A stretch of 20,000 bases of DNA from the NCBI GenBank assembly GCA_027604505.1, contig JADIIX010000108.1, forward strand, positions 53,058 to 73,057. The letters are read 5' to 3'. Each line of letters opens with the position of its first letter. The stretch's first letter is position 1. Origin of the DNA: Gonapodya sp. JEL0774 (taxonomy: Eukaryota). The translations under genes and the position numbers were made by a program. Below the pieces are notes generated by a model, which saw nothing but the letters and a program-made list of their open reading frames with translations, had not been told where the DNA came from and ran no database searches. Of the stretch, positions 1-11,096 are shown piece by piece.

Positions 1-3000
1 CAAGAGTTTGGCCTTCATGAATGCCAACCCAGTCGCTCTCCCCTGCTCCGAGTATTCCGTTCTCCACGGCGGGTTCAACAGTTTGGCCTTCATCACCGTC
101 AACCAAGTCGCTCTCCCCAGCTGTATGTAGTTCGTTCTCAACAGCGGGTTCAACATTTTGCCCTTCATCACCGTCAACCAAGTCACTCTCCCCAGCTCCG
201 TATATCGCCAGGGGCCCCGACAAATCCACTGGCGTACTTCTATCGGATTCGCGAGTAGTCTCGTCCAATGTATCATTGTCGTGATTTGAGGGAAAGTTTT
301 CAGTGTGCATTGTGTCTTCCATTAGTGCATCGTCAAGACCCGTTACCTTCGAGCTGTCATCAATCTCTTCAACACGTCCGTCTTTGTGGTCCAAGCGCAT
401 GTCCGTGCCGGCACCGTTATTCACGGACCCATCGTCAACAGCCATACTTTCTGCAGTGAAATCAGCCTGACTCTTTAGAAACGAAGGGCTATCGCGAGCG
501 AGTGGATCAGTGGAGATGTCACAAGAAGTGCTATCCTCACCGCCTCTTTCACTAAGTTGTTTGCTCACAATACTCAAATTCCCATCCGAAAGATAGGGAA
601 GGCGCGATATTGGTGGCCCGTTAGAACTCAAAGCTTTTGATTGCAGATTCGCACTGTGGGAAAAATCCGGTGGTCGCCTTCTCAAACGTGCGCTGTAGGG
701 GTGAAAGTGGACCACCGATGCCAGTTTTGAGAGCGAGGGGAGTCCGCTGCGAGCACGGTCCCTTAGGGCTGCATGATATAGTTGCACAGGTTCTGTTTGG
801 GTTTGAAGATGCGCGGGTTCGCAGAGAGCGGTAACCACTTCGCGCGAAACCGAACCCCCCAAAACATCAGTAGGGCAATCACGACCACGCAACAAGGTCC
901 CATTGCCATCTGGATTCTTCGTTCCCGTAGTTCCAGTCTGCTTGACTTCTCGACTCCTTCTATCGTTCGTATTTTCCAACAAGGAATTCTCCACAGTGAG
1001 AATGTCGCCATGATCACTTCCTTCTAAGATCGCATTGTCCAGTCCCCTCCCCATTGTGACCTCTCCGCCATTCACATCCACGTCCATCCTGGCCGAACTG
1101 CCTTGAAAATATTGATCTCCATCACCAAGCACCTGATGCCGCACTTCATTATCCTCCACTTCTTCTCCCTCTTCGTGTTCAGGACCATCGTCTTCGCTCC
1201 CTGCAACCAACCAGTCGTCCACTATATCCGGCTCTCCGTGCATCTGCGTCGCCTTTCGCTCTCCTTTCCCCTTGACGTTCCCTTTCCAAGCGATTCCCCA
1301 CTCCTCTCTCCATCCATCCTTCTCCAATCCTACTCTCCAGTCTGATGCAATAACGGGCGCCAATAGCGCAGGCGGTACATAGTCGAGGTCAAACCCGTCA
1401 TCGAGCTGCTCCTGCGATTGTGCTCTACTTTTACTGCGGTGAGTGATTGGGTCCAATGAGGGGGAGAAGCCATCATGCACCGATGAGGAGAATGCGGGCC
1501 ACTCAGGAACGGCAGAGTCGGGTTCGGAGAAGAGCGAAGAAGGTGGCGCGGTGGGTGAGGAAGGCGCAAGTCCGGGAGAGGAATGGCTTGCGATTTCTGG
1601 GATCACAGATGGTACTGATAGGTGGTTGGAGGCAACGGGAAGGGTATTCGATGATGGTTTTGGCGCTAGTTCTGAGGGAGAGGGGAGGTGCGAAACTTTA
1701 AACAACTATCCTGGTATGTTGCACTTCTACCGGCCACCAAAAGACATACCTGTAAGCTGCACGTCCATTAGTTCGTCCCACTCCCCTCTATCTTCCTCGT
1801 CCACATCGTCCCCATCCGGCTCGACATCTGAATCGTCAGCCACGCCCACCATCTGGACGTCCCTGCCGTCTTGCTCTCTGCGCCATACCCGCACTGGTTG
1901 CTTCTCTTGTCCGATGTCCCCACTCTGCTGCTCGACACCTTCTCGATCATCTGTCCCCAGATTCCACCATACCGAAGCACTCGCACGTCCGATCACTTCC
2001 CCACATCCTCGTCCAACTCTCGGTACCACAGGACGAACTCTAAGTGCGAGCTTCAGTGGCGCAAGATCAACCACAACGGAGTCGCTGACTGGGTTCTGGA
2101 CTGGCGGTGCGTGTTCAGGCAGGAACTGGTTCACAGTTAACTGAGGTATTTGTAGATCGACTCGTACTCTCTCCGAATCTTCGTTCAGGGCTTTGTCCTT
2201 TCCGGCCTTCCCCCGCCGATCCGGCTCCACTTCAGCATCTTCAACAATCACCCGCCTGCCGGTCCCGCGCCAGCCCTCCTTCCATTCCGGCTCGCCTGCG
2301 AGATCCTCCATGGCTTGAATCACATCGCTTCCACTCCCACGACGCCCGTGCTTGCTCACACACCCCTCTACAACCCACGTAATATGCTTGCACGTCCCCA
2401 CATGCACCTGCTTCGGCATCCCCGCCGCAAGACCCACGTCCCGCACGATCACTTCCCCCGTCCTCTGGCCATTATGTCCACTGTCCTGAGCCCCTGCTGC
2501 CGGCTCAGTCCCCTCACCCGCTCGTCCTCTCGTCGTCCTCTGCCACCACCCTGCGCCCATGACTATCGTACCGGCGTAGGGTTGAAGGGTAGCACTCAGG
2601 TGGAGAGAGGGAAGGACAGGGGCCTTGTGCGTGGTGAGGGATAAGGGAATGTGTGGGTTGTGTGATAGAGAGGGAAGAGTGAGTGGAATGGTAGATGGGG
2701 TGAGTAAGATATGCAGGATTGGAGGGGTGGCGGAAAGCGTCGGGGTGGGCGGCATGACTGTCGGTAAGCACCGATGACGTTTCAGTTTATGACATTTTTA
2801 CAATCAGTTCATCGAGCAGTGCGATCAAAGGAAAACAATTTATTCCACCTCCAATTCATCGTCTCAACTCACCACATCCGGCAATACCACCCCACGCCAC
2901 CCCCACGGCCCTCTCCCTTCCCGCGTCCCACCTCACGACCCTAACCGCCACGGCTTCCCCCGGCACCCACGCCCGTCTTGCAACGGTGCGTGCCGCGTCG

Positions 3001-4646
3001 GGAGTCCCTGGTGGCGGTGCAAACGACAGAGGAGGACCAGCGATGGTGTGTGAGGTAGATGGGCCGATGTAGGAGCGGAGCCAGGTTTGTGGGGTGGTGG
3101 GCGCTGCGGGAACGGACGATTTGGAGGGTTTGGGAGGCGGAGGGAAAGTGAGCATGTCAAGAGTGTATGTGGGCTCTGCTGTGTGCGGGGGAGGGGCAGG
3201 TCGGAGCAAAAGTGAGGGAACTATTCAGAATTGTTCCCCTGCGATACCTAACAAATTTAGAGGGAGAGCATCATCGTACTCAGCCCTTGGAGAAGCTCTT
3301 CGGTACCTAATACTGTCTTGTCGAACGACAAACGCCAAGATCCCGCTGACCACGAGCAGATGTCCAACTCCTCGCTGATACTCAAACTAACCTCCATCAT
3401 GCTCGTGATTCCATTCGGAATCACTCCATCGTACTGTGAGGGACTCGCAGTCGGAGGCAGCGAGGTCCATCCACACGGTGACCTTTTGGAGCTGCGGTGC
3501 AAGGCGTGCGGCGTGACCCGTGGATATGCCGGAACGGTGCGAGTGCGAAAGGGAGTGCGATGCACTAGTGGCGAGAGAGGACAACGACGAATCCATGGAT
3601 AACGGAAGAGCAAGGTCCGAAGAGGAGGAAGTAGCAGAGAGGATAGAGTTTTGTCGACGTGTGATCCTGGATGATGATGATGCCAAAGAAGGCAGTGGAG
3701 GAGCGGATGCAGGTCGGCCAGCAGTACTAGCCGACGTTCCCATCGCGGTGAGTCTTTGGAGTTCGGAACGTCTGGGTAGTGAATTGTGGAGCGAGGGAGC
3801 TGGTGTTGCGGAGACCAAGTGATGTGGAGAGCTGGAAGGAGCAGCAGAAGAGCTAATTTTGAGCGTGATGCGTGGGAGTGTTGAAGGGGGAGGTGTTGGG
3901 GTTGGAGATGGAGCTGTTGGAGGCAGACCGGGAGTCAGAACAGCCGCTGCAGAGACAGACGGCGTGGTCAGAGCAGGTGGCTCAGGAGGTTTTATCGCTG
4001 GTGCATCGAGCGGCGGTGGCAGAGCAGCTGCGGGCAGGTGTGAAACAGCGGTGACATCGACGTCGATGGACTCTACGTCCAGCGATGGAAGCACAGAGTC
4101 CTCGACAAGTTCAGCGTGCGCCGTCTCCAGCGAGTCTTGCGATTTTGTGTCGAGTTGAGCGTCCGCGGCCTCCACTGCCGATTCACTCGGAGTCCTCTGG
4201 TCTCCTTCCGTGCTCACCCAATTCTCGCTTTCTTCCTCCGACTCTTCTCCGCTCTCATCCTCCTCCGCAGGTGCGCCCGCATTCGCAACGTCTTCCAAAG
4301 CGGAGAGTCGTCGCGATGATCTTCGGATGGTGCTCGGGTCCAAACTGCTGACAGGGGGCGGTACGGCCGTCAGTACTCCTGAGGTGAGTCCCGGCTTTGG
4401 AACCTGCCCGCCTCCGCCCCGCCCTCGTCCCCTGCCACGTCTTGTTCCTCTCAATGCGCCTAGAGCACCTCTCTGCCCGGGGTGTCCGGCGACGAGTCCG
4501 GATCTCGTTGTCGTGCCCGAATACACATTTGCTGAACTCGTGGTCGCATTTCCCACTCGGGAACTGGAGCTTCTGTGCGTTTGTTGTCGTGTTTCAACTC
4601 CCACGGTATGGTGTTTAGCTCGCAATTCCCGACCAGTTGGGAGCAT
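1..4646 (-). CDS. Large (>1400 aa, 3'-truncated by window) low-complexity hypothetical protein, possibly nuclear
   Basis: Exons 4646-3392, 3220-2873, 2757-1750, 1695-<2. Introns 3391-3221 (GTTAGT..TAG; may hide a small exon), 2872-2758 (GTGAGT..CAG) and 1749-1696 (GTATGT..AAG) are all phase 1 and join ORFs 3387..4697, 2856..3209 and 1727..2755 to a frame with no stop from 1705 to 2. First ATG is at 4646 (MLPTGRELRAK). Contains RGRGRGRGGG, acidic and Pro/Ser-rich tracts; no family recognised. Confidence 0.7.
5..203 (-). repeat. 75-bp coding tandem repeat (~2.6 copies; 25-aa unit AGESDLVDGDEGQxVEPAVEN...)
   Basis: ccttcatcaccgtcaaccaagtc(g/a)ctctccccagct at ~87 and ~162, with a degenerate copy at ~12. 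Period is 75 nt, in frame with the long minus-strand exon. May continue left of the window. Confidence 0.9.
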
Positions 4647-4958
4647 AAGGTGTCGGTTTTGGGTACCAAACCGATATCTCGGCGTGAAATAGCTCAATCA
4701 CACAAGGACGTTGCACGACAAGAACACAATAAAATTGAAGATCATTTCATGTGCAGAAAAGCATTTGACGGTACGGGGATACAAAAGTGCACGTGGTTAA
4801 CTATCTAACAAATCTTGAGACTGTACTTTTCGCAGGCTTTTCAGTGTTCGAGAGGTCAAAAAATTGAAAGGAGGGAATTGTTCGTCAAGCAGTCGAAAGG
4901 ACTCTTGAAACCGATTGTGATACTCTCGTGCTATCCACCAATGGTTCAAATCCAGCGT

Positions 4959-7293
4959 TCACTTCTTCTTGGCCGCCCCTCTCGCACGCTTCGCAGGAGG
5001 CCCGTCCCCAGACTCGCTCGCGCTGTCAGCGATACTATCCGCCAGTATAACGTTTGGCTTGGTAACCGGATCGTCAACCTGCATCACCGCCTCCGAGTTG
5101 GTACCAGTCGGAGCCGCCGCAGGCACAGAAGGCACCACGGGTGCAGCAGGAGGAACTACCGCTGGCGGTGCTCCGGGTCTCTCGCCCAACAACCATATGG
5201 AGTGGTTTGCCCCACATCCAAGGGCAAGCGTCTTTCGTCCCTGCAGTTCAATCAACTCCGGTGATTCCCGAGTCTCATCGTCCCTGGTGCCCAAATTGCC
5301 CATCTGATTCAATCCCCATCCGTATAATCTGCCTGATCTCGTTATGGCCATGGTGTATCGACCACCACACGCAACGAAATCCACCCCCTCTCCATCAAAG
5401 TTGTCGATGAGTTTCGGACGCAATACCAGAACATGGGTAGTTGTGAGGGCTCCAGTGATGACTGTGCTGTACTCGTCGGACTCTACGCCACATTGATAAT
5501 CGTCATTCCGTCCAAAGCCGTACAGTCGACCTGGATGTGGCAGAAGTTGGAAGTCACGGCGGTGAGGGTTCAGATTGGGTTCGATGGCCGTTGGTAAGGT
5601 ACAAAGGGCTCACCATCTTCCAACAGAATCATAGAGTGAAATTCCCCGGCCGCACACATCTTGACCTTCACTCCCTGGGGCAAACCCTCCACCTCCGCAG
5701 GAGTCTCAACGGAAGTTTCGCAATCGCCAAACCCAAGCTGAGAGTACCCATTCAGACCAAACGCAAAAACTTGCGTTCGATCCTTACTGACTAGGAATGT
5801 ATGGTCGCCGCCCGAGCAAACCTCGGAGAATTTGAGACGGCGGTTCCAGTTCAAGGCCCGAGGCAGGAGGGACGCCTCGCCCTTGAATCTCGCCATAATA
5901 CGACGTCCTAATGCGCCGTGTTCACCGATGCCCCAGGAGAATGCAGTACCAGCAGCGTCAATTGCTGTGGCGTGGTTGTTGCCCATCGAAATGGAGACAA
6001 TGTGTCGCAGATTCGGGACCTTTACGAACTCGCGGACGACTTGACCCTTCTCAAAGAAGCCGTAGTTGCCGTTCGTGTCCTGGGGACAGGTGTGAAGATG
6101 TTACATAGAGGATTGAATTCATCAGCGAAAACGTTTGGGCATCAGTCACGCCAGGACTTCAGCCGAAAGGACAGGAAACATGGGTCTTCACTCACTCTCC
6201 AGTTCCCACAACCATATACTTCGCCGAGTTCAGTCAGTACCAGTGTTACATTGTCCCCGGATACCATCTTCACGATCCGATCCACATCCTGGAGGCCTTG
6301 GGCAGGGTAAGGAATATAGTCCTTGTTTTCTGTACTGCGACCGAGACAGCCTTGGTCATTGCATCCCCAGGTGTAGAGTGTTTGCTGTAGACAAGGCAAT
6401 CGTACGTTGTTGCTGGGTTCCAAAGAATGGCTGATTGGATACGAAACAAGTCGCTCACATTCCCTGTTGCATCTACCCCGAGTGCCAAAGAAGAGAGACC
6501 ACCTGCTGCAACATCAACAATTCCACTATTCTCGATGACAACGACTTTTCTGGGCTTGCCGTCTCCTCCAGGGATGGGGTCGCCGTCTTCGTCGACAATT
6601 CCGAGAGAGCCAATGGTGCCATCACCACTGAAAACGAACATTCGCAGAATGAGAAGGATGTTCGCAGAATGAGAAGTTTATCGCAAAAAATTTTGCTAGG
6701 AAACGGTTGACAACGCGTGTCCCTTGTTTTGCATCATGGATTCAGAATCGCCCTCCTCTGCAACTCAGATTGCGACCACCAAGCAACCCTCAGGCGCTGG
6801 GGCAGCTTAGTAGATTCAATACGCACCTGACAAAAACAGTTCCCGGTGTCGTTCTCGGCCTCGGCAGAGGAAAGTAGCTGGCAAATTTTCGGAGGACGGG
6901 GTTCGTCTTCTCCGCTCTCGAAACCCCTTTGGGCTTCCCACGGGCAGAAAGATTGAGTGCCGCCGTCGATTGAGAGAGCTCCTCTGTACTGCCCTGAGAT
7001 TCAGTTTCGGATGCCTTCCGCTTTCGGGGGGGAGGGCTGGACCCCTCTGGGGTGATCGAGTCACGAGCTTGAGACGCCGCTGAGACCAGCCTGCTCGAGT
7101 CCGCCGTCTTGGTAGCACGCAAACGCCGGCCTCCTGAACTCTCTTCTCCTGGAACGGGAACGACCGATGTGTCTCTGGATTTGTCGCCACGGCGGGTTGG
7201 ACGGGAAGGGGCAAATGAAGCTGAGGACGCGTTGGAATCGGTTTCCATGGCGTCGTTGAGGGAAGGTACCGTGTGGCGGGTCGGTCGAGGCAT
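4959..7293 (-). CDS. RCC1: Regulator of chromosome condensation (Ran GEF, RCC1/Pim1/Prp20 family), 7-bladed propeller
   Basis: Exons 7293-6827, 6627-6459, 6384-6196, 6079-5614, 5530-4959 with GT..CAG introns. Seven RCC1 repeats begin VFVSGDG, LYTWGCNDQGCLGR, VYGCGNWRDTNGNYGF, AFSWGIGEHGALGR, VFAFGLNGYSQLG, LYGFGRNDDYQCG and LYGWGLNQMGNLG. NDxGxLGR and (F/W)RDxNG match the RCC1 signature. Basic NLS-like PPRKRK in the N-tail and PPAKRAR...KKK in the C-tail. Confidence 0.9.
6641..6676. repeat. Short direct repeat (16 bp x2, 20-bp period) inside RCC1 intron 1
   Basis: ttcgcagaatgagaag at 6641-6656 and 6661-6676, just inside the intron 3' end (acceptor at 6628). Confidence 0.9.
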
Positions 7294-7878
7294 GGCGAAG
7301 AATGTTCAAGTTGGATTCGACTGTTGCAGAATCTCTGAATTCTGGCGTTCGCGGTTTGGAGAAAATTGGGACGCACGGGCACTTGCGCTGTACTCTGCAA
7401 AGGCTGTCCACGCCTGTGCCTTTCAGCCACTGTTCATTGTCCGCCGGCCTACAAAGTACCATCACCTAATATTTTGTCAGAAGCACAGTTGTGGCTCTGC
7501 CAGGGTGAGGAATAATTTGCGGACCATGTCAGCATCTGCACTGAATGTTTGGTGTTCGACAACTGGACGGGTTCAGGGACTCGAATGTCAACACAATTTG
7601 GGCGTCTCCCATTATTACTATTGTTATTTGGCAGAGCAAAACAAACCGTAAATTGTGACCCACGAGCAGAGCAAATCAGACAAAGGTTCCCCACAAACTT
7701 AACTGTCCCCGGCTCACATCGCTTACTCTCTGTTCTACCTCACCCGGCCTGTTCTCCACTCTCTTGGGTCTTTGCTCGGCGGCATTCACCCTCCTTCGGT
7801 CTTCACTCGCCTCGATTACTTTTGCTTGGTGTCTTGGTCACATAACCCGACGACAAACCTCGACCCTCGCAGTTTCAG
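7294..7878. promoter_or_regulatory. Divergent intergenic/promoter region between RCC1 and the CBM48-CCCH gene
   Basis: 585 bp between two head-to-head start codons; pyrimidine-rich stretch ~7720-7830 upstream of ATG 7879. Inferred from position only. Confidence 0.5.
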
Positions 7879-10789
7879 ATGGAGGGCCTTAAATCCCATA
7901 CCTTGAAGCTACATTTGACTCAACCGGCAAAGTCAGTCGCGGTCGCTGGAACCTTCAGTGACTGGTCAGCCGTAGCAATGATTTCAGAAACCAATGGAGA
8001 TGCCCAAGGTCAAGTTTTCAAAGCCACGATTGCATTTCCAGTCGGAAAGCTTGTACAGGTACGTTTAGTGAGGGGGTGGGTCGGTTTGGTGACAGAGATC
8101 AAGAAATGATGACATCATCAGTGCTCGTTCATATTCCAACCTTTGCCATCGTTCAGTACAAGTATATACTCGACGGAAACTGTAGGTGTGATTTTGTGTC
8201 TTGTGGTGCTTGTATCCTTCCTCTTACCGCAAGTTTGCGTACTCGGCCTGCCTGGTACTGCCCGCGGATCACGAAAAAAACATAAGGGGTCGCAGATCTC
8301 ACGCAGCCCACAATGAGCGACGGTACGGTGTAGCTTCCGGATCAATTCTTTCATTGGTTCAATCTCTTTCTGGCTCTACAGGCCTCGGATCCGTCAATAA
8401 CTACATTACGATTACCAATGATCTACCATTACAACCATCCAATGAGCTTCCAATCACTCAGAGGAGTCACTCAAAAGGGAACCTATTCAAAACCGCTCTT
8501 TGCGTTCGCTACGAGAAAACTGGATGCTGTCCGGATGGGGACAAGTGAGTGTCGTAGCTCAAGGCACCTGAAGATCATGACCTCATTCGATCAACGATCA
8601 AACTTTTCCCTTTGTGGATTGATAACCGCTCGCAGATGTCGTTTTGCCCACGGAACACAGGATCTCAAACCTATTCCTACATGCAAGTTTGGCTCTCGAT
8701 GTGTAAAGGAAGTTTGTAATCTGAAGCACGAACCCGACGGTGAGACTGTTGGTCGTGTTTCCATCATTCGAGCGGTCGCTGAGTTACACTGTCGATACCA
8801 CCATCCTTGGTCAATACTTTCTTTCAGCTCACGTCGTACGCCCCACTCCGATCAGGGAAGATGGATGTGATCCTTCGGGAGTATCCGTACAAGGCACAAG
8901 ATTCAGTGAGCAGACTGCGAGGAATGTGCAGGCTTCCAGCTCCAGTAAAAGTGCCAGCCTAGGGAAGAAGGATACGTGCGTGATCCCTGCGATGAGTGAT
9001 GGGAACCGAGTCATCTTCGTCTCCCCAAATTCTTCGACTGGGTGACTTTTGCATAACTCCGTTTTCCCAGCAGCCCAAACTCTGGCAAAAAGTTTGGCTC
9101 TTGGAGTGGATCAGATCTACTGTACAAGACCGCCCTCTGTCACTTCTTCACGCGTGACGGCCAATGCAAGGGTGGAGATAAGTGGGTGATCGTTGAGGCA
9201 CTTCCAGGACTATCAGATCGTTAATCAACTGTCTCCATGTTGCATATTTCTATTGGAAGATGCCTTTATGCCCACAGCGAAGCGGAACTTCGGCCGAAGC
9301 CGCCATGCCCTAGTGGAACAGAATGCATATATGAGAAGTGTCAGTTTGATCACAAAGAAAAAGGCAAAGATGGAAACGACAATCAGAATTCGGAAGGTGC
9401 GTCTGGCGAAAGTTTATTTTCATGCCTCCAAGTACTCTGATCAGCAAGATCACCCACACTCGTGATCTTATACTCGATTGTTTGAACGATCAGTCACAGA
9501 ATTCTCCAGCCCCCTGGATGAACTCTACAAGGCGGATATTTGTACCTTTTTCACAAAATCTGGCTTTTGTAAATGGGGTAGCGAGTAAGTATGTGCGCAC
9601 ATGAGAGATCAGAAACGATGGATTGTCGTCGCTGATAAGTCACCTTCGTTTGCACCGGTATCACAGCTGTATGTTCGCACATGGCAATCACGAGCTTCTT
9701 CCGCGACCTCCATGCAGGTTTGGCACGGCGTGTCACAAAATTGGACGAGGCTGTCGATACCAGCATGATCCGGAACCAACGCCAGTGAAGTCACACGCAA
9801 TCAGGAAAACTGGAACTGGAAGGAAGCAAGAAAATTCCGATTCGCGAAGTGTCGCGAAAACTGAAATTACGAAAGGTGATAGTGGAGAGACCGAAAAAAA
9901 GGCAACCAGGTGAGTAGATCAGTTTGGAAAGTGTAAAGGGGCTCATGTACTCTTGTCAAATATCTCAAGTGGCGTCCAATTGAATTAAACGCAGCACCAC
10001 TGATAGCTCCCCCCTGTCAGACGATCGCGACAAGCAACGCACACTTGACGTTGCTCATAACAAATCCAAGGAGGTGGACCTGCTCTCGGCGATCCTCGGG
10101 CCGGCAGGCCTCCAACCTCTTCCACAAGAGACGATTGACTTCGTGGCCCATGCTACACATGCTCACCCAGCCTTAGTTGCTGTTGCAGCAATCTCCCTGT
10201 GGAACGCGGCACCTGTATCGGGTGCTCGGGCCCGCACGAAGCTTTTTGGGGATCCCACGTTTGATTCGAAGCTCGTCAATTTAGTAAGAGCAATGGAGAG
10301 GGCGAAAGAAATCTTTGTGGAGAAGCTTTTGGAGGAATCTGGAGATGTCAAATTGTTTGATCAAGTGGTTCGTGCTACGAAGAAAGGGGTCGACGTGAGT
10401 TCTGTGTCTTTCCAACATGCAAGAAATGTCGGGTCCTCCGTCGCCTCCTTTACGAAACACATCAGTCAGAGATTGATAAAATTGTGAACGCAAACCAATC
10501 TTGGAGCATCGACATCGAAACCATCGCAGCAGCTCGGGCTCAAGTCCAGGATGTTGTTAGATCTTCGATCAGGGTCATCGAGGGAAAACAAGTGCGAGAA
10601 GACGGGTCCGAGACAATGCTGAGACGCAAGGAAGCACTCGAAGAGCTTGAGGTGAGTCTGATCAATGAACCATCGCAATACTGCCCCTGATGAACGCGGA
10701 TCTGGGTTACTCGTGTGCCACATGTGATTATCAAGGCGCTTCTGCGACGAGCTACCGATGTTCTCGATTGGGCAGCTAAAGCGGCGTAA
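7879..10789 (+). CDS. CBM48 (AMPK-beta-like glycogen-binding domain) + six CCCH zinc fingers + helical C-terminal domain
   Basis: Exons 7879-8058, 8157-8181, 8287-8322, 8382-8544, 8636-8739, 8828-8975, 9071-9181, 9260-9396, 9494-9584, 9667-9909, 9995-10394, 10466-10651, 10736-10789, all in frame via GT-AG. N-terminus reads AKSVAVAGTFSDW...QYKYILDGNWVADLTQPTMSDGLGSVNNYITI. Fingers: LFKTALC-x8-C-x5-CRFAH; C-x5-C-x4-CNLKH; LYKTALC-x8-C-x5-CLYAH; C-x5-C-x4-CQFDH; LYKADIC-x8-C-x5-CMFAH; C-x5-C-x6-CRYQH. Confidence 0.85.
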
Positions 10790-11096
10790 ATGTCTTTGTT
10801 GGCTTACAATGGGGGCATAAAGTTCAGATTCGATTCTAAATTGGGATCTGCCGACTTCGACGGACAAATTTGGATCGAAATTCACTCCAATTGAAGTACA
10901 GTAATATGAGATAATTATACAGTTACACAATTGTGCCAATAGTCGTCGGTGCGATCTTAATCAAGGTCTGTGGAGAGCATCCCCTCCAGTACGTCATTAA
11001 GTAGTTCGGATCGACAATCTTGGTTGCCGCTCTGCTGCTAGGTAAGTCCATACCTCCAACGAGAGAGAAGTACACCACTTTACGTCCGTTCTAGAG

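Noticed and set aside
1727..3209. ORFs 1727..2755 and 2856..3209 as independent genes
   Set aside because: Only 100 bp separate them and in-phase GT-AG introns join them to both neighbours; they are exons of one gene.
1443..4692. Long plus-strand ORFs (1443..2144, 4210..4692 etc.), and similarly 7109..7651, 13635..14162, 14609..15151, 16762..17238, 17303..17965
   Set aside because: Antisense shadows or alternative frames of GC-rich coding exons; no recognisable motifs and mostly non-ATG starts.
4647..4697. TTG start at 4697 given by the ORF track
   Set aside because: Eukaryotic locus; the first in-frame ATG is at 4646.
7879..8420. AMPK/Snf1 beta subunit call for the CBM-containing ORF
   Set aside because: No ASC/beta C-terminal domain or myristoylation-type N-terminus; the CBM is followed directly by zinc fingers.
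9890..10022. Apparent frameshift at the A7 run and donor 9910 in the CBM48-CCCH gene
   Set aside because: The obvious acceptor at 10020 is out of phase, but the CAG at 9994 (or TAG at 10006) restores the frame with no stop, so no frameshift is needed.
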